Of a stretch of 64,000 bases of DNA, positions 10,001 through 21,352 are shown in pieces. A program made the position numbers and the translations under genes. The DNA is from Candidatus Bathyarchaeota archaeon (GTDB lineage: Archaea; Thermoproteota; Bathyarchaeia; TCS64), in NCBI GenBank assembly GCA_963771885.1, contig CAVYVF010000022.1, forward strand, positions 320,001-384,000, written 5' to 3'. The notes beneath the pieces are model-generated. The model was not told where the DNA came from. It worked only from the letters and a program-made list of their open reading frames with translations, and searched no databases. The stretch's first letter is position 1, and the number at the start of each line of letters is the position of its first letter.

Positions 10001-11464
10001 ATGATGTTGATGAGTGAGAATGACAAAACCCTTAGGGGCCTGCGAGAGTTCGCGATTCTCTACAGCAAGAGCAGACTCGGCGTAGCAGGCCTAGCACTGC
10101 TCCTCATCTTCATAGCGATAGGTCTCCTTGCCCCCATAATTACTCCCTACGACCCTCAGACCTCAATGCAGCTGGCGAACTTCAGGGCAAGACCCATCTG
10201 GCTCGACCCATCCATCCCCCCGAACATGTACAACATAGCCTCCCCGGGATTCGACTCGGCGGCGTCGCTGAGTGAGTGGATCATCACGGACATGAGCACA
10301 GCCGTCGAATGGTCACAGGAGGGATTTCCCGGCATTCCGCTTGTAGAGGAGGGGAGCGGCCCGGGCTCAGTACAGATATCGACAACGAGCACGAGCGGCG
10401 AGGGAGTAGCAACCATGGAAAACAGGCTGACGTATGGCTATAACCCGCCCCACAGGTTCTCCGTCCACATCGCTTACAAGGTGGTGGTAACCGGCAACGC
10501 CACTTGGAAGGCACAAGTCATTGTTAAACAAGTACAGGGTACGGAGCTTGTGCTCTGGGACTCTGGCACACAGAGAGGCTCGACGAATTGGGCTCTGCCA
10601 AAGCCCCAGATTGACACGAACGACGCCACGCTCAGGATACGTTTATTCAAGGACATCCTATCCGACGCCTCCAAAATTTTCCCCCAGAAGGGAGAATACT
10701 CACTGATTCTCAGGATTACCACAAACACCCAAGGAGGTAGCGTCAGATTCTACGTCGATGACTTCAGTGAGAGGATCTGGGGCGACGCCTTCGGCTACCT
10801 TGGCACGGACAACTATGGCAGGGACATCTTTACACAGCTCGTCTACGGCAGCAGAATATCCATACTCATCGGCGTCTTCTCAGCAGTCATCGCCGTTGCA
10901 CTAGGCCTCCTCGTCGGACTAACCTCAGGGTACATCGGCGGCTGGGTCGACGAGTTGCTGATGAGGTTCAACGATATACTGCTAACAATCCCCGGGCTCC
11001 CGCTGCTCATCGTCCTCACCGCCGTTATCGGGCCTAGCATCGTCTCGGTCGTCGTCCTAATTGGCTTCCTTGGCTGGATGGGCATAGCGAGGCTGATTAG
11101 GTCGCAGGTGCTCTCGCTTAAGACGAAGGCATTCGTTGAGGCGGCTAGGGCTAGCGGCGGTAGCACAGGACACATCATCAGGAAGCACTTAGTCCCCAAC
11201 GTCATAACGATGGCCTACACGCAGCTGGCGCTCACTGTCCCCGGAGCTATAGTCACGGAGGCCGCTCTCAGCTTCCTCGGCCTCGGCGACCCCTTCCTAC
11301 AGACTTGGGGGAAGATGCTCCACGATGTCCAATACTATGGTGCCGTCTCAGAGTGGTGGTGGGCGATACCCCCCGGCCTCTGTATCGCTCTCCTCTCCAT
11401 GGCTTTCGTCTTCATCGGGTACGCCATGGACGACATACTCAACCCAAAGCTAAGGGGGCGCTGA
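10001..11464 (+). CDS. oppC: Peptide ABC transporter permease with large extracytoplasmic insertion
   Basis: LGTDNYGRDIF, YGSRISI, FVEAARASG, EAALSFLGLG, NPKLR. Confidence 0.93.
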   Translation: MMLMSENDKTLRGLREFAILYSKSRLGVAGLALLLIFIAIGLLAPIITPYDPQTSMQLANFRARPIWLDPSIPPNMYNIASPGFDSAASLSEWIITDMSTAVEWSQEGFPGIPLVEEGSGPGSVQISTTSTSGEGVATMENRLTYGYNPPHRFSVHIAYKVVVTGNATWKAQVIVKQVQGTELVLWDSGTQRGSTNWALPKPQIDTNDATLRIRLFKDILSDASKIFPQKGEYSLILRITTNTQGGSVRFYVDDFSERIWGDAFGYLGTDNYGRDIFTQLVYGSRISILIGVFSAVIAVALGLLVGLTSGYIGGWVDELLMRFNDILLTIPGLPLLIVLTAVIGPSIVSVVVLIGFLGWMGIARLIRSQVLSLKTKAFVEAARASGGSTGHIIRKHLVPNVITMAYTQLALTVPGAIVTEAALSFLGLGDPFLQTWGKMLHDVQYYGAVSEWWWAIPPGLCIALLSMAFVFIGYAMDDILNPKLRGR

Positions 11465-11465
11465 C

Positions 11466-12443
11466 ATGGCCAAGCTTCTCGAAGTTAAAAAGCTGAAGAT
11501 GTATTATTCCACACAAAAGGGGGACGTCAAAGCCGTCGACGACGTCAGCTTCTCCCTCGAGAAAGGCGAGTCCATCGGCCTCGCTGGCGAGTCAGGCTGT
11601 GGCAAAACCAGCGTCGCCCTAGCCTTGATGAAGCTCTATCCCTCGAACGCCAAGATACTCAGCGGCGAGATTCTCCTCGACGGTAAAAACATACTCGACC
11701 TCGACGATGACGAGATACGCCGCGAGGTTAGGTGGAAGCGGATCTCGCTGGTTCCTCAAGCGGCCATGAACGCCCTGAATCCGGTCTTTACGATCAAGGA
11801 CCAGATAATCGAGGCAATACTCACGCACGAGGACGTCCCCGAGGAGGAAGCGGCAAAAAGGGCGGTCGAACTGCTGAGGCGCGTGGGTATAGACCCGATG
11901 CGCGTCAACTGCTATCCCCACGAGTTCAGCGGCGGTATGAAACAGAGGGCTATGATGGCGATGGCCCTGAGCTGCAACCCCGAGCTCGTCATTGCGGACG
12001 AGCCGACGACAGCCCTTGACGTGATAGTCCAGGCTCAGGTTCTCAAGGAGATAAAGAAGCTCCAGAGGGAACTGGGTCTTTCCATGGTTCTCATCTCCCA
12101 CGACCTCTCGGTCGTCGCCGAGACATGCGATAAGACGATAATAATGTATGCCGGCAATATCATAGAGGACGCCACGACTCTCGAAGTATTCCGCCACCCA
12201 CTACACCCCTACTCCATTGGGCTAATAGGAGCCTTCCCGAAATTGAAGGGGGAGAAGAAACGTCTCGAATCAATCAGAGGAAACCCGCCAAACCTCCTCA
12301 ACCCGCCTACCGGCTGCAGGTTCCACCCAAGGTGCCCATATGCCAAGAGTGTATGCATGGATAAACAACCAGACCTCATTGAGTTGCACCCAGACCATAA
12401 GGTGGCATGTCACATGGTCAATCACCACCCGGAGTACAGGTGA
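11466..12443 (+). CDS. oppD: Peptide ABC transporter ATP-binding protein
   Basis: GESGCGKT, FSGGMKQR, IADEPTTALD, C-terminal GCRFHPRCP. Confidence 0.95.
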   Translation: MAKLLEVKKLKMYYSTQKGDVKAVDDVSFSLEKGESIGLAGESGCGKTSVALALMKLYPSNAKILSGEILLDGKNILDLDDDEIRREVRWKRISLVPQAAMNALNPVFTIKDQIIEAILTHEDVPEEEAAKRAVELLRRVGIDPMRVNCYPHEFSGGMKQRAMMAMALSCNPELVIADEPTTALDVIVQAQVLKEIKKLQRELGLSMVLISHDLSVVAETCDKTIIMYAGNIIEDATTLEVFRHPLHPYSIGLIGAFPKLKGEKKRLESIRGNPPNLLNPPTGCRFHPRCPYAKSVCMDKQPDLIELHPDHKVACHMVNHHPEYR

Positions 12444-13486
12444 TGAAGATGACCGAGAGAGAATTCATTCACGTGGAGAACCTTAAGAAGCACTATCCAG
12501 TCAGAACCGGAATACTTGCGAGCCTCAGAACAAAGGAGACTTCGATGGTAAAGGCAGTTGACGGCATCGATTTCACCATCCAACGTGGCTCCACTTTCGG
12601 CGTAGTTGGCGAGAGCGGCTCAGGCAAGACGACGGTGGGAAGGGTTGTACTTAGGCTTGTCGAACCTACTGAGGGAAGCGTCTACTTCAACGGTGAGAAT
12701 GTCTTTAAGGCGGATAAGGAGAAGATGAAAAAGCTCCGCAGGGAGATGCAACTCATCTTCCAAGACCCCTTCGAGTCACTCAACCCCCGCATGACCATCT
12801 ACGAGGCGGTAGTAGAACCCCTCGACATACACAATATAGGTAAAAGCGACGAGGAGAAGAGAAAGGTAGTCGTCGAGGCCCTTGAGGAGGTTCAACTCAT
12901 CCCCCCAGAGGACTTCCTCTTCAGGTACCCCCACGAACTCAGTGGCGGACAAAGGCAGAGGGTCGCCATAGCACGCGCCCTCATACTACGCCCAAAATTC
13001 ATCGTTGCCGACGAACCAGTCTCAATGCTAGACGTCTCAATACGGACAGAGGTCCTCAACCTCATGCTCGACCTCCAGCAGCGCCTCGGCCTAACCTACC
13101 TATTCATCACCCACGACCTAGCGATAGCTCGCTACATGTCGAGCAGAGTCGGCGTCATGTACCTTGGCAAGATAATCGAGATGGGGGAGGTGAGAGATGT
13201 TCTAGACGACCCAGACCATCCCTACACCCAAGCGCTCATGGCGGCCGTTCCGGTGCCCGACGCTGAGAAGAAGAGGGGCGACTTACCAATCAAGGGGGAG
13301 ACACCTCAGCCGATCAACCTCCCCGCCGGATGCAGGTTCAACGCAAGGTGCCCTTACGCCTTCGAGAAGTGCTTCAAGGAAGAACCCGAATTGTTCACAG
13401 TTGAGCCCGGACACGGGGCAGCCTGCTTCCTATACGAGGAATTCCACACAGGCCGCCTAGAAAGGGGCAGAATTCCCGAGGAATAA
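12443..13486 (+). CDS. oppF: Peptide ABC transporter ATP-binding protein
   Basis: [40 protein letters not shown] overlap with oppD. Confidence 0.95.
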   Translation: MKMTEREFIHVENLKKHYPVRTGILASLRTKETSMVKAVDGIDFTIQRGSTFGVVGESGSGKTTVGRVVLRLVEPTEGSVYFNGENVFKADKEKMKKLRREMQLIFQDPFESLNPRMTIYEAVVEPLDIHNIGKSDEEKRKVVVEALEEVQLIPPEDFLFRYPHELSGGQRQRVAIARALILRPKFIVADEPVSMLDVSIRTEVLNLMLDLQQRLGLTYLFITHDLAIARYMSSRVGVMYLGKIIEMGEVRDVLDDPDHPYTQALMAAVPVPDAEKKRGDLPIKGETPQPINLPAGCRFNARCPYAFEKCFKEEPELFTVEPGHGAACFLYEEFHTGRLERGRIPEE

Positions 13487-13699
13487 ATTACACAGCAGAG
13501 TCAAGCTAAAGCCACCACGACCTGCCTAATTTTATCCTTTCAAAAGCCGATGATCTTAACTATCCCTTATATAGAGACGGAGCACCGATTTTTTACCGTT
13601 TTTTGACCCTTTTCGTGCAATCGCAACAAGGCTGGTAACTGAAAATGATTAAATCTCTAAACCGTGAGTCATTATTGTTATCGACTGGATGGTGTTGTT

Positions 13700-14827
13700 A
13701 TGGCGAGCGGAGCTTCTGGCGAAGTCGTACACTGCCCCAATTGTAAGGAGGATGTCCCAAAGACCCTCTACTGCCTGAACTGTGGCTTTCCCCTCTACAA
13801 GGAGGAGCAACCAAAGGATGAGGTGAAGACTGAACCCGAGGCAAGGACGGAGCCCGTGAAGCCGGTTCAACCAGCCGAGGAAGACGCGTTAATAATGGTC
13901 GACGACGAGGAAGAGGAGGTGCAGCCCGAGCCAAAGGTGGAAATGTCTGCAGAACCAAGTGTTAAAATGGAAGTTCCTCCCGTCGAGACAACTCCTTCAC
14001 CTTCCGAGCCAGAGGTAAAGGAACCGGAGCCAGCCCCTACACCAATGCTCGAGGTATCAGAGAAGATCGATGAGCCCGCGCCGGTCGTGGAAATGGAGGA
14101 AGCGCTAGCCCCGGCTGTGGAGGCCGCCACCCCCGAGCCCGTTGAAGCTGTGGCCCCCGTAGATCCAGCGTCTACGCCAGCAGAAGAGCCAAAACCCGTG
14201 GAGACGCCGAGCGAGCTCTTATCTACCGGATCAGAGCCCACAAAGATCGAGGCAGTGGAAGTGGCAGAAGAGTACCAGGCACCAAATACGTTCGTCCCAG
14301 ACCCACTCACAAAGGATCTGATGGAGAACCTCGCAAAGACCATCTCACTCAAGATAAAACTCGTCAAACTCTACAGGGATGGCGTGGTAAAGGAGGAGAC
14401 CTTCACCAAGCTCTTCGAGGGGTACGCCTCCGAGGGCAAGATCTGGGTTAGTCGCCGCGAGGAGCTGCTTAGGAAGCTTTCCGCCGAGATCGAGGAGATG
14501 GAGGAAGCATACGCCACTGCCTCAGACGCGCTAGAGCTTCTCGAGGTGAGGAAGTCGATAGGCGAGGCGTCGGCCGGCGAGTACGATGTAAAGGCACCCG
14601 CCTACAGGTGGGACATAGGCAACTTCGAAACCGTTATCGGGGAGAAGAAGAACAGAACTGCCTACCTTGAAAACGTGTCCAGCGCCCTCACAGACGCCGA
14701 ATTAAAGGAGCTTAAGGAACTCGCCAGCATCCAGTATAACACCCTCGAGTCGCTACAGCTATCGAAAGATGAGGTTCTAGCCCAGATAAAAGACAGCCTC
14801 TACGAGGCTATAAAGACCCTTGGCTGA
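13700..14827 (+). CDS. Zinc-ribbon protein with Pro/Glu-rich linker and C-terminal CdvA-like coiled coil
   Basis: CPNC..CLNC, a long acidic Pro-rich tract, and a helical C-terminus (KLYRDGVVKEETF, LEVRKSIGE). Confidence 0.6.
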   Translation: MASGASGEVVHCPNCKEDVPKTLYCLNCGFPLYKEEQPKDEVKTEPEARTEPVKPVQPAEEDALIMVDDEEEEVQPEPKVEMSAEPSVKMEVPPVETTPSPSEPEVKEPEPAPTPMLEVSEKIDEPAPVVEMEEALAPAVEAATPEPVEAVAPVDPASTPAEEPKPVETPSELLSTGSEPTKIEAVEVAEEYQAPNTFVPDPLTKDLMENLAKTISLKIKLVKLYRDGVVKEETFTKLFEGYASEGKIWVSRREELLRKLSAEIEEMEEAYATASDALELLEVRKSIGEASAGEYDVKAPAYRWDIGNFETVIGEKKNRTAYLENVSSALTDAELKELKELASIQYNTLESLQLSKDEVLAQIKDSLYEAIKTLG

Positions 14828-14829
14828 GG

Positions 14830-16008
14830 CTACTCCTCGACCTTCTTTCTATGCGTCAGGTAGATGAAGACTGCCGTAACCAATGATACACCTGCCATTA
14901 CAGTGAACATGTTGAAGGCACCCTGCCCCGTACCGTCTCCAAGGATTGTTGTAGCCATTATAGGGCCGATTGCCATACCTAGGAATCGGGCGGAGTTCAG
15001 GAACCCCATACCTGTGCCCTTCCTTCCTGACTTCCCCCCGAGGAGGTTTGGCGGTATTCCTGCCTGCAGTCCACCGATGACTATACGGAGGGCTATGAAC
15101 TGGAGTGGGTTAAAGACGAAGGCCGTCATCATTATTGCTGCCGAGGCTCCTACTGAGAGCCATGGCATGATTTTGTTCGTCATTACCTTTGTCATCACCG
15201 GTGTCGCCACGGCAAACGCTATTCCGTTCAACACGGTCGCCGCTGTCGTCCAGAGCAGTAGCTGATCATCAGGCACACCAAGCGAGGAGAGGAACCATGA
15301 CACCGTGGGGAAGAGGAAGCTAATGCACATGTAGACTAGGATGAGCGCCGTGATGTCTGGGAAGAGCGACCTGAAATCGGAGAGGCTGAATGCGCGTGTC
15401 TCCGACTCCTTGGGCGCCGGTGGAGGTAGAGTGATCTTGAGGACAAGGGGCAGTATGAGGACGAAGAGCACCGCTGAGGTGAGCATGGTCATTCGATACC
15501 CGATCACCGCCGCTAGGGCTCCGCCAATACCCGGCGAGACGAGCCCACCCATCGTCATCGCCGCCATCTGATAGCTAAGCGCCTGTCTGAGCTCCTGCGG
15601 ACTAACGGTTGAGGCGACAATCGCGAACATAACCGTGCTAATTCCCCCGAAGCCACCCTGCAGCGCACGGAAGAAAACGATTTGGATGACGTCTCCCGCG
15701 AAAGTCATTCCGGTGTAGACAATGATGTTGCCGATAAGGACGAATAAAAGCACCTTTTTCGTTCCGATGCGGTCACACATCATACCCCAGAAGGGTGCGG
15801 TTATCGCCATGATCGTTGAGGCGATAAAGGAGGATGTCCCCGTCCAGCCTGTCGCCTCGATCAATGTCTGGTTCAGCTCGCTGCTTATGAAAAGGGGCAT
15901 AAAGCTGCCCATCAGGTTAAAGGATATCGAGACGAGGAACTGGACTATGAGGGCGGCAGTCACTGTATCCAAACTTGTAATCGTTCTGAAGCGGGTGGCG
16001 GGCGTCAA
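14830..16008 (-). CDS. MFS transporter (DHA1-like)
   Basis: About 12 TM, motif A (WGMMCDRIGTKK), RALQG. Confidence 0.9.
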   Translation of the reverse strand: MTPATRFRTITSLDTVTAALIVQFLVSISFNLMGSFMPLFISSELNQTLIEATGWTGTSSFIASTIMAITAPFWGMMCDRIGTKKVLLFVLIGNIIVYTGMTFAGDVIQIVFFRALQGGFGGISTVMFAIVASTVSPQELRQALSYQMAAMTMGGLVSPGIGGALAAVIGYRMTMLTSAVLFVLILPLVLKITLPPPAPKESETRAFSLSDFRSLFPDITALILVYMCISFLFPTVSWFLSSLGVPDDQLLLWTTAATVLNGIAFAVATPVMTKVMTNKIMPWLSVGASAAIMMTAFVFNPLQFIALRIVIGGLQAGIPPNLLGGKSGRKGTGMGFLNSARFLGMAIGPIMATTILGDGTGQGAFNMFTVMAGVSLVTAVFIYLTHRKKVEE

Positions 16009-16142
16009 ACTCCAACCAAGTGCATCTCTTCGAGGAATGATTCCCTCGCGTTAGTTGCTGAGATAACATGGAGCCCGATTTAAACGCTCCCCTGATTAGA
16101 ATCGTTATTTACCCCCGACCACCCATCTGAAGTAGACAGCAG

Positions 16143-16628
16143 ATGGGTGACACAGTACAACATATAGGCAGGAACGTCAAACTCGGCCAGAACGTCAGGA
16201 TGTGGCACTTCACATATATAGGCGACAACACGGAGATAGGCGACGACACCAAGATCGGCTCGCTTGTCCACATTGACTATGGAGTCAAGATCGGGAAAAG
16301 GTGCAAGATCGAGGGCTCCGCCTACATACCACCACTTACAGTCATCGGGGACGACGTCTTCGTCGGGCCTGGCGCTATTTTCACAAACGATCCTTACCCA
16401 ATGTCGCCGAAGATGGTTGGGGTCAGAGTGATGGATGGGGCGATCATCTGCGCCGGCTCCATGCTCAAGGCTGGAGTGACTATCGGGAAGAAGGCTGTCG
16501 TTGGCTTCGGCTCAGTAGTCACTCGCGACGTACCACCAAATACAGTAGTCTTCGGAAACCCAGCCAAGCCAAAAATGACTCTCAACGAATACCTCGAGAA
16601 GAAGGCGGAGTGGGAGAAGACACCCTAA
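16143..16628 (+). CDS. Hexapeptide-repeat sugar N-acetyltransferase (WbpD/WlbB-like)
   Basis: Left-handed beta-helix repeats, VFVGPGAIFTND, VVTRDVP..GNPAK. Confidence 0.9.
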   Translation: MGDTVQHIGRNVKLGQNVRMWHFTYIGDNTEIGDDTKIGSLVHIDYGVKIGKRCKIEGSAYIPPLTVIGDDVFVGPGAIFTNDPYPMSPKMVGVRVMDGAIICAGSMLKAGVTIGKKAVVGFGSVVTRDVPPNTVVFGNPAKPKMTLNEYLEKKAEWEKTP

Positions 16629-16844
16629 GCTCATACAATACGTCTACGAAAAGAGCGCCTCTAGTTCATACCTACTGGTAGTTATTAAGACAGCCTTCTT
16701 TCTCCCGCGCGCGCCATTTTTTTCACCACGCGTAATGACGCTTATTGGTCCGTAGTCTTTCTCGATCTCGGTTAATGAGCGGCTATAGTCAAGCAGTTAT
16801 TCACAAGATTAAAAGGTAGTCGAGACGAGGATCTATTAGAATTA

Positions 16845-17997
16845 TCACTTGTGATAACTTGCTGCGACTTTAGAGACACCTTCAACGACTTTGTGTAGGT
16901 CGTTGTCGCTTAGATAGGGGTGCATGGGGAGGCTCATTATCCGCTTTGACAGATCCTCTGAAACCGGACACTGCTTTGGTTTGAGAATCTCCTTAACGAC
17001 GGGCTGCTCGGTCAGAGCTGCGGGGTAGTGGATGCCGCAGTCAATGTTCTCGGCCATTAGAGCCTTCATGAACTCGTCGCGTGTGCAACGGAGCTTCTCC
17101 GTGTCGAGGACTACGCTGAAGTAGCTGTAGCTGGGGTTGGTTCTCGGGGTTATTCTCTGTGGGGTAGACACCGTCAACATTTCTGAGCTCTTTCAGCAAC
17201 ACGTCGGCGTTGTGCCTTCGCTTTTCAAGAAAGTCGTCGAGCTGAGCTAACTGGTTGAGCCCTATTGCCGACAGTATGTCAGTTGTGCGGTAGTTAAGAC
17301 CGAAGAGTACATGATGATATCTGCCATCGTCGCCGTGACTGCGTATGAGTGAGCCGAGGCGGTTCAGCTCGGGGTCATCTGTCGTGACTATACCTCCCTC
17401 GCCGGTGGTCATAGTCTTCGTTGGGTAGAAGCTGTAGCAGCTGAGATTGGGCCAGGAGCCAAGGTCTCTGCCATCGTATTCTGTGCCGTGGGCCTGGGCG
17501 CAGTCGTTGATGATGAGAAGGTTATGATCCTCGGCTATGTCTGTAATTGCCTTCATGTCGCAGCTATTGCCGAAGAGGTGCACGGGGGCGATTGCCTTTG
17601 TTTTCTTTGTAATTTTCTCCTTAACCTTCTCGGGGTCAAGCAGGAAAGTGTCAGGGTCGACGTCGGCGAGTACCGGCCTCGCGTTGCTGTAGAAAATGGT
17701 GCTTATCGTCGCGATGAATGTGAAAGCGGGGGCGATGACCTCGTCGCCTTGTTTTAGCGTTGAGAGATAGGCGCAGTGAAGGGCGGCTGTGCCATTTGAG
17801 ACCGCGTAGGCGTATTTTGCACCCACTCGGGCTGCGAACCGTTCTTCGAACTCTATTGTGTAGGGTCCCGTGCGGACGTAGCCTGACTTCAGAATCTTTG
17901 CGATGTCATCTGCGTCCTTCTGGGTGAACGTCGGTTTTACGAGTGCGATCTTTTTGTCGGAGACGGGTTTGCCGCCTTCAATTGCGAGTTTAGCCAA
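16845..17997 (-). CDS. DegT/DnrJ/EryC1/StrS PLP-dependent sugar aminotransferase, frameshifted near 17162
   Basis: SNGTAALH, DCAQAHG, SFYPTKTMTTGEGG in 17041..17997; C-terminal GIHYP and SLPMHP in 16845..17180. One extra C in a CCCC run. Confidence 0.92.
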
Positions 17998-18122
17998 TGA
18001 GGACTCTCCAGTTTATTATTGTATAACGTTGTTTATTGACTTTCCTGATTCGACTCGAAATACGCCTTTGTATTTAGAAGGTATTATAGCGGGAGAATGC
18101 ATATTAGAGATCAGGGGATTGA

Positions 18123-18347
18123 ATGAATACTGCTTTCGTTTTGATAAACGCGGAGATGGGGGCAAGCCTGGACAAGGATCTGAAGGCGATTCCCGAAGTG
18201 AAGGAGTTCTACGGCGTATACGGTGTGTATGACTACGTTGTTAGACTTGAGGCTGCTACGATGGAGCAGCTCAAAGACGCCATCACGAACAGGATCAGGC
18301 GCATGGAGAACGTAAGATCGACGCTCACCATGATGGTCATTGATTAG
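18123..18347 (+). CDS. Stand-alone Lrp/AsnC ligand-binding domain protein
   Basis: AFVLIN..VYGVYD..IRRMENVRSTLTM pattern. Confidence 0.88.
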   Translation: MNTAFVLINAEMGASLDKDLKAIPEVKEFYGVYGVYDYVVRLEAATMEQLKDAITNRIRRMENVRSTLTMMVID

Positions 18348-18448
18348 GATAAAAAAAGCTGTTTCTCTATCATTCCTGTGTGCCTACTGGGCACTTTGTT
18401 TATATCGGTCTTCGAGGGTATCATTTGTAAAGGAGTTGAGGATACTAC

Positions 18449-19603
18449 TTGAAAGTAGTGATATTGGGTATGGATGGTTACCTAGGATGGCCACTAGCGA
18501 TGCACCTGAGCGCCCGGGGGCACATTGTCTCGGGTGTGGATAATTTTAGTAGGCGTAGGAACGTCGTGGAGGTGCATTCGCAGTCTGCGACGCCGATTAG
18601 GTCGATGGAGGAGAGGCTTGCTGCTTTCAAGAAGGTCACGGGTAGGATGCTTGGCTTTCATGAGGGGGATTTGACGAATGTCGCCTTCGCAGATAAGGTG
18701 GTCGAGGAGGAGCGGCCCGACTGTGTAGTCCACTTAGGCGAGATACCGAGTGCACCTTATAGCATGATGGATGTCGAGCACTGCAACTATACTCAGGTGA
18801 ACAACGTCATCGGCACCAATAATGTACTCTTTGCCATGAAGAAGCATGCTCCTAAATGCCATTTGCTCAAGCTCGGTACTATGGGGGAGTATGGCACTCC
18901 TAATATTGACATTCCGGAGGGCTTTTTTGAGGTAGAGTATAGGGGGCGGAAGGATGTGATGCCCTTTCCCCGTCAGCCTGGGAGCTGGTATCATCTGAGT
19001 AAGGTGCATGACACACACAATATTATGTTCGCCTGCAAGATCTGGGGGCTCCGGAGCACGGACATTATGCAGGGGGTCGTCCACGGCGTCGTCACGGAGG
19101 ATATGGTCAACGACGATCTGTTGACGCGCTTCGACTTTGACGAGGTGTGGGGCACAGCGCTCAACAGGTTCTGCGCCCAGGCGGTTATCGGCCATGAGTT
19201 GACTCCGTATGGGAAAGGTGGCCAGACTCGCGGTTACATAGCCCTCAGGGACAGCATTCAATGTATGACGCTTACGCTCGAGAACCCGCCGAAGGAGGGG
19301 GAGTACCGTGTATTCAATCAGTTCGATGAGACTTTCTCGGTGAACGAGCTCGCGGAGCACGTCGTGAAGGTTGGCGGCGAGTTCGGGCTAAAGGCGAAGG
19401 TCTGGAACATCGAGAACCCTCGGGTCGAGAAGGATGAGCATTACTATAACCCGGATAGGGAGAGGTTGCCGGGGCTTGGCTTCAAGCCGACGAATGACCT
19501 TGACGCGGAGCTCAGGTTGACTATTCCGAAGCTGATGAGGTATAGGGATAGGATACTCGAGAAGAAAGATGCTATCATGCCAAAGATCAAGTGGAGGGCC
19601 TAA
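18449..19603 (+). CDS. sqdB: UDP-sulfoquinovose synthase (SqdB/Agl3)
   Basis: GMDGYLGW, PSAPYSM, KLGTMGEYGTPNIDI.EG, YHLSKVHD, GTALNRFCAQA, NPRVE. Confidence 0.93.
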   Translation: MKVVILGMDGYLGWPLAMHLSARGHIVSGVDNFSRRRNVVEVHSQSATPIRSMEERLAAFKKVTGRMLGFHEGDLTNVAFADKVVEEERPDCVVHLGEIPSAPYSMMDVEHCNYTQVNNVIGTNNVLFAMKKHAPKCHLLKLGTMGEYGTPNIDIPEGFFEVEYRGRKDVMPFPRQPGSWYHLSKVHDTHNIMFACKIWGLRSTDIMQGVVHGVVTEDMVNDDLLTRFDFDEVWGTALNRFCAQAVIGHELTPYGKGGQTRGYIALRDSIQCMTLTLENPPKEGEYRVFNQFDETFSVNELAEHVVKVGGEFGLKAKVWNIENPRVEKDEHYYNPDRERLPGLGFKPTNDLDAELRLTIPKLMRYRDRILEKKDAIMPKIKWRA

Positions 19604-21255
19604 GTTTTCTTTTCGAGTGTGAGTCTGCTGACTCCGTTAGGGCTGGATAGTAGGCCGATGAGTTTTCCTTCAACGGCCTTTAGATCTATTTTGATGTCGG
19701 CGTAGTCGTTTGTTCCCCATCGCGCGTATTCGCGGGGGATCCTTATGGTGGATTGTCCCGTGACGTATCCGAGCTCGGCGCGGAAGTCTCGGAGTGGCGT
19801 GTATTCGCCGTTGGTTCCGTTTACTGTCGCGGTTGTTCGGCTCGTTATCCTGAGGTTTAGGTGGTGGAAGCCGTAGGCGTCGTAGTATTCACCGGACCAG
19901 TATGCGATTAGGTCGGCGCCTAAGTCGACTTTTGGCGTCGTAGGAATATACTTGCGGTGGTAGTTGGTTCCTAAGTCGAACTGTGTGACTGACCCGTCTG
20001 CGGCGTACTCGAATGTCAGCTCTTCGCCATCGCTTGAGGGGCCGTGGACCCTGTACCTCGAGTCGTCGAGCCTCTCGAGGGTGAGGCGGTCGCCGAGTGT
20101 TAGGTAGCCGTTTACGACCCTGATGGTGATCTGGCCCGTCTCGTCGCCGTATGTGCCCGCGATCTTCTCCCAGTTGGATGGCGGTGACTGCATGTATGTT
20201 GGTGCAACTTCCCTTCCGAGGGTGATGCGGAGGACGGTGGGCGCTGGTGGCCTCCACGAGGACCCGTCTTGTAAATTGCTCAGCCAGCAGACACCCAGCT
20301 TCTCCTCGGGGTAGAAGCAGACATGGTTTGTGAAGTCGGGTAGACCGCCTGTGTGGTAGAGCATGACTTTGTCGTCGTGGATGGTTCGGAACCATGTGAG
20401 TCCCATGCCGCTTCGGGACTTGCCGGTCGGCGCCTGGAGGCTTTGCATCGCCGATATTGTCTCCTCCTTCAGGAGGCGTTTTCCCTGGTATGCGCCTCCG
20501 TTCATGTTCATCGCTAGGAACTTTGAGAGGTCGAGCACGGTGGAGTAGAGGCTGCCTGCTGGGTCAGCGGGCTTCATGCCGAGGTAATACGATGGCATCG
20601 GCAGGATCGGGTTCTCCGGCCCACCTGCACGCTTGTAGCCCTGTGCGAGCCTCGCCATGACGGCGGGGCTGAGTTCGAAGTCGCTCGACGTCATTTCGAG
20701 GGGTTTGAGGACGTTTTCCTTGATGTACTCGTCGTATTCAACGCCTGTGAACAGTTTGATGAGTTGACCGAGGATGGTGAAGGAGGTGTTGCAATAGGCC
20801 CATGCTTCACCGCGTGGCCTGACCATTCTGGCTGCGGAGTGTATGTAATCCTTGACATCGGCGGATTTCTCACCGAGTAGGTAGAGCGGGGGCACGCGCG
20901 TCGGCATCCCCGTGTAGTGCGTGAGGAGGTCGCGTATTCTCGGCTCGTCTCCCTTGATGTCTCTTATCTTGACATCCAAGTGCTCGTTGACGTTGTCATC
21001 GAGGGTGAACTTGCCCTTCTCCATCAGTTGGAGGAAGCCAACGGTTATGAACGGCTTTGTGACTGAGGCGCATCCGTAGATGGTCTCTGAAGTGGCTTTG
21101 ACGCCGTTTCTAAGATCGGCGTATCCGAAGCCACTCGACCATACCACCTCGCCATCCTTGACTATTGCGACGGATGATCCGGGATGTCGGCGTCCAGTGA
21201 GCTCGGCTGAGATGAAGCGTTCAACTGCCTCGATGTCAAACATACATTCCACCAA
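19600..21255 (-). CDS. Beta-lactamase-family (AmpC/PBP-like) serine hydrolase
   Basis: SxxK (ASVTK), LLTH, YxN (YCN), HTGG. Confidence 0.9.
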   Translation of the reverse strand: MVECMFDIEAVERFISAELTGRRHPGSSVAIVKDGEVVWSSGFGYADLRNGVKATSETIYGCASVTKPFITVGFLQLMEKGKFTLDDNVNEHLDVKIRDIKGDEPRIRDLLTHYTGMPTRVPPLYLLGEKSADVKDYIHSAARMVRPRGEAWAYCNTSFTILGQLIKLFTGVEYDEYIKENVLKPLEMTSSDFELSPAVMARLAQGYKRAGGPENPILPMPSYYLGMKPADPAGSLYSTVLDLSKFLAMNMNGGAYQGKRLLKEETISAMQSLQAPTGKSRSGMGLTWFRTIHDDKVMLYHTGGLPDFTNHVCFYPEEKLGVCWLSNLQDGSSWRPPAPTVLRITLGREVAPTYMQSPPSNWEKIAGTYGDETGQITIRVVNGYLTLGDRLTLERLDDSRYRVHGPSSDGEELTFEYAADGSVTQFDLGTNYHRKYIPTTPKVDLGADLIAYWSGEYYDAYGFHHLNLRITSRTTATVNGTNGEYTPLRDFRAELGYVTGQSTIRIPREYARWGTNDYADIKIDLKAVEGKLIGLLSSPNGVSRLTLEKKT

Positions 21256-21352
21256 CGGAGTGTATTAGATCGGTTTGGGATAAGTGTGTTCTCGGGAAGT
21301 GGAATGCTTTTTTCCATAGGAAACACATCATGCATCTCTAGGTGTCTCGTCG

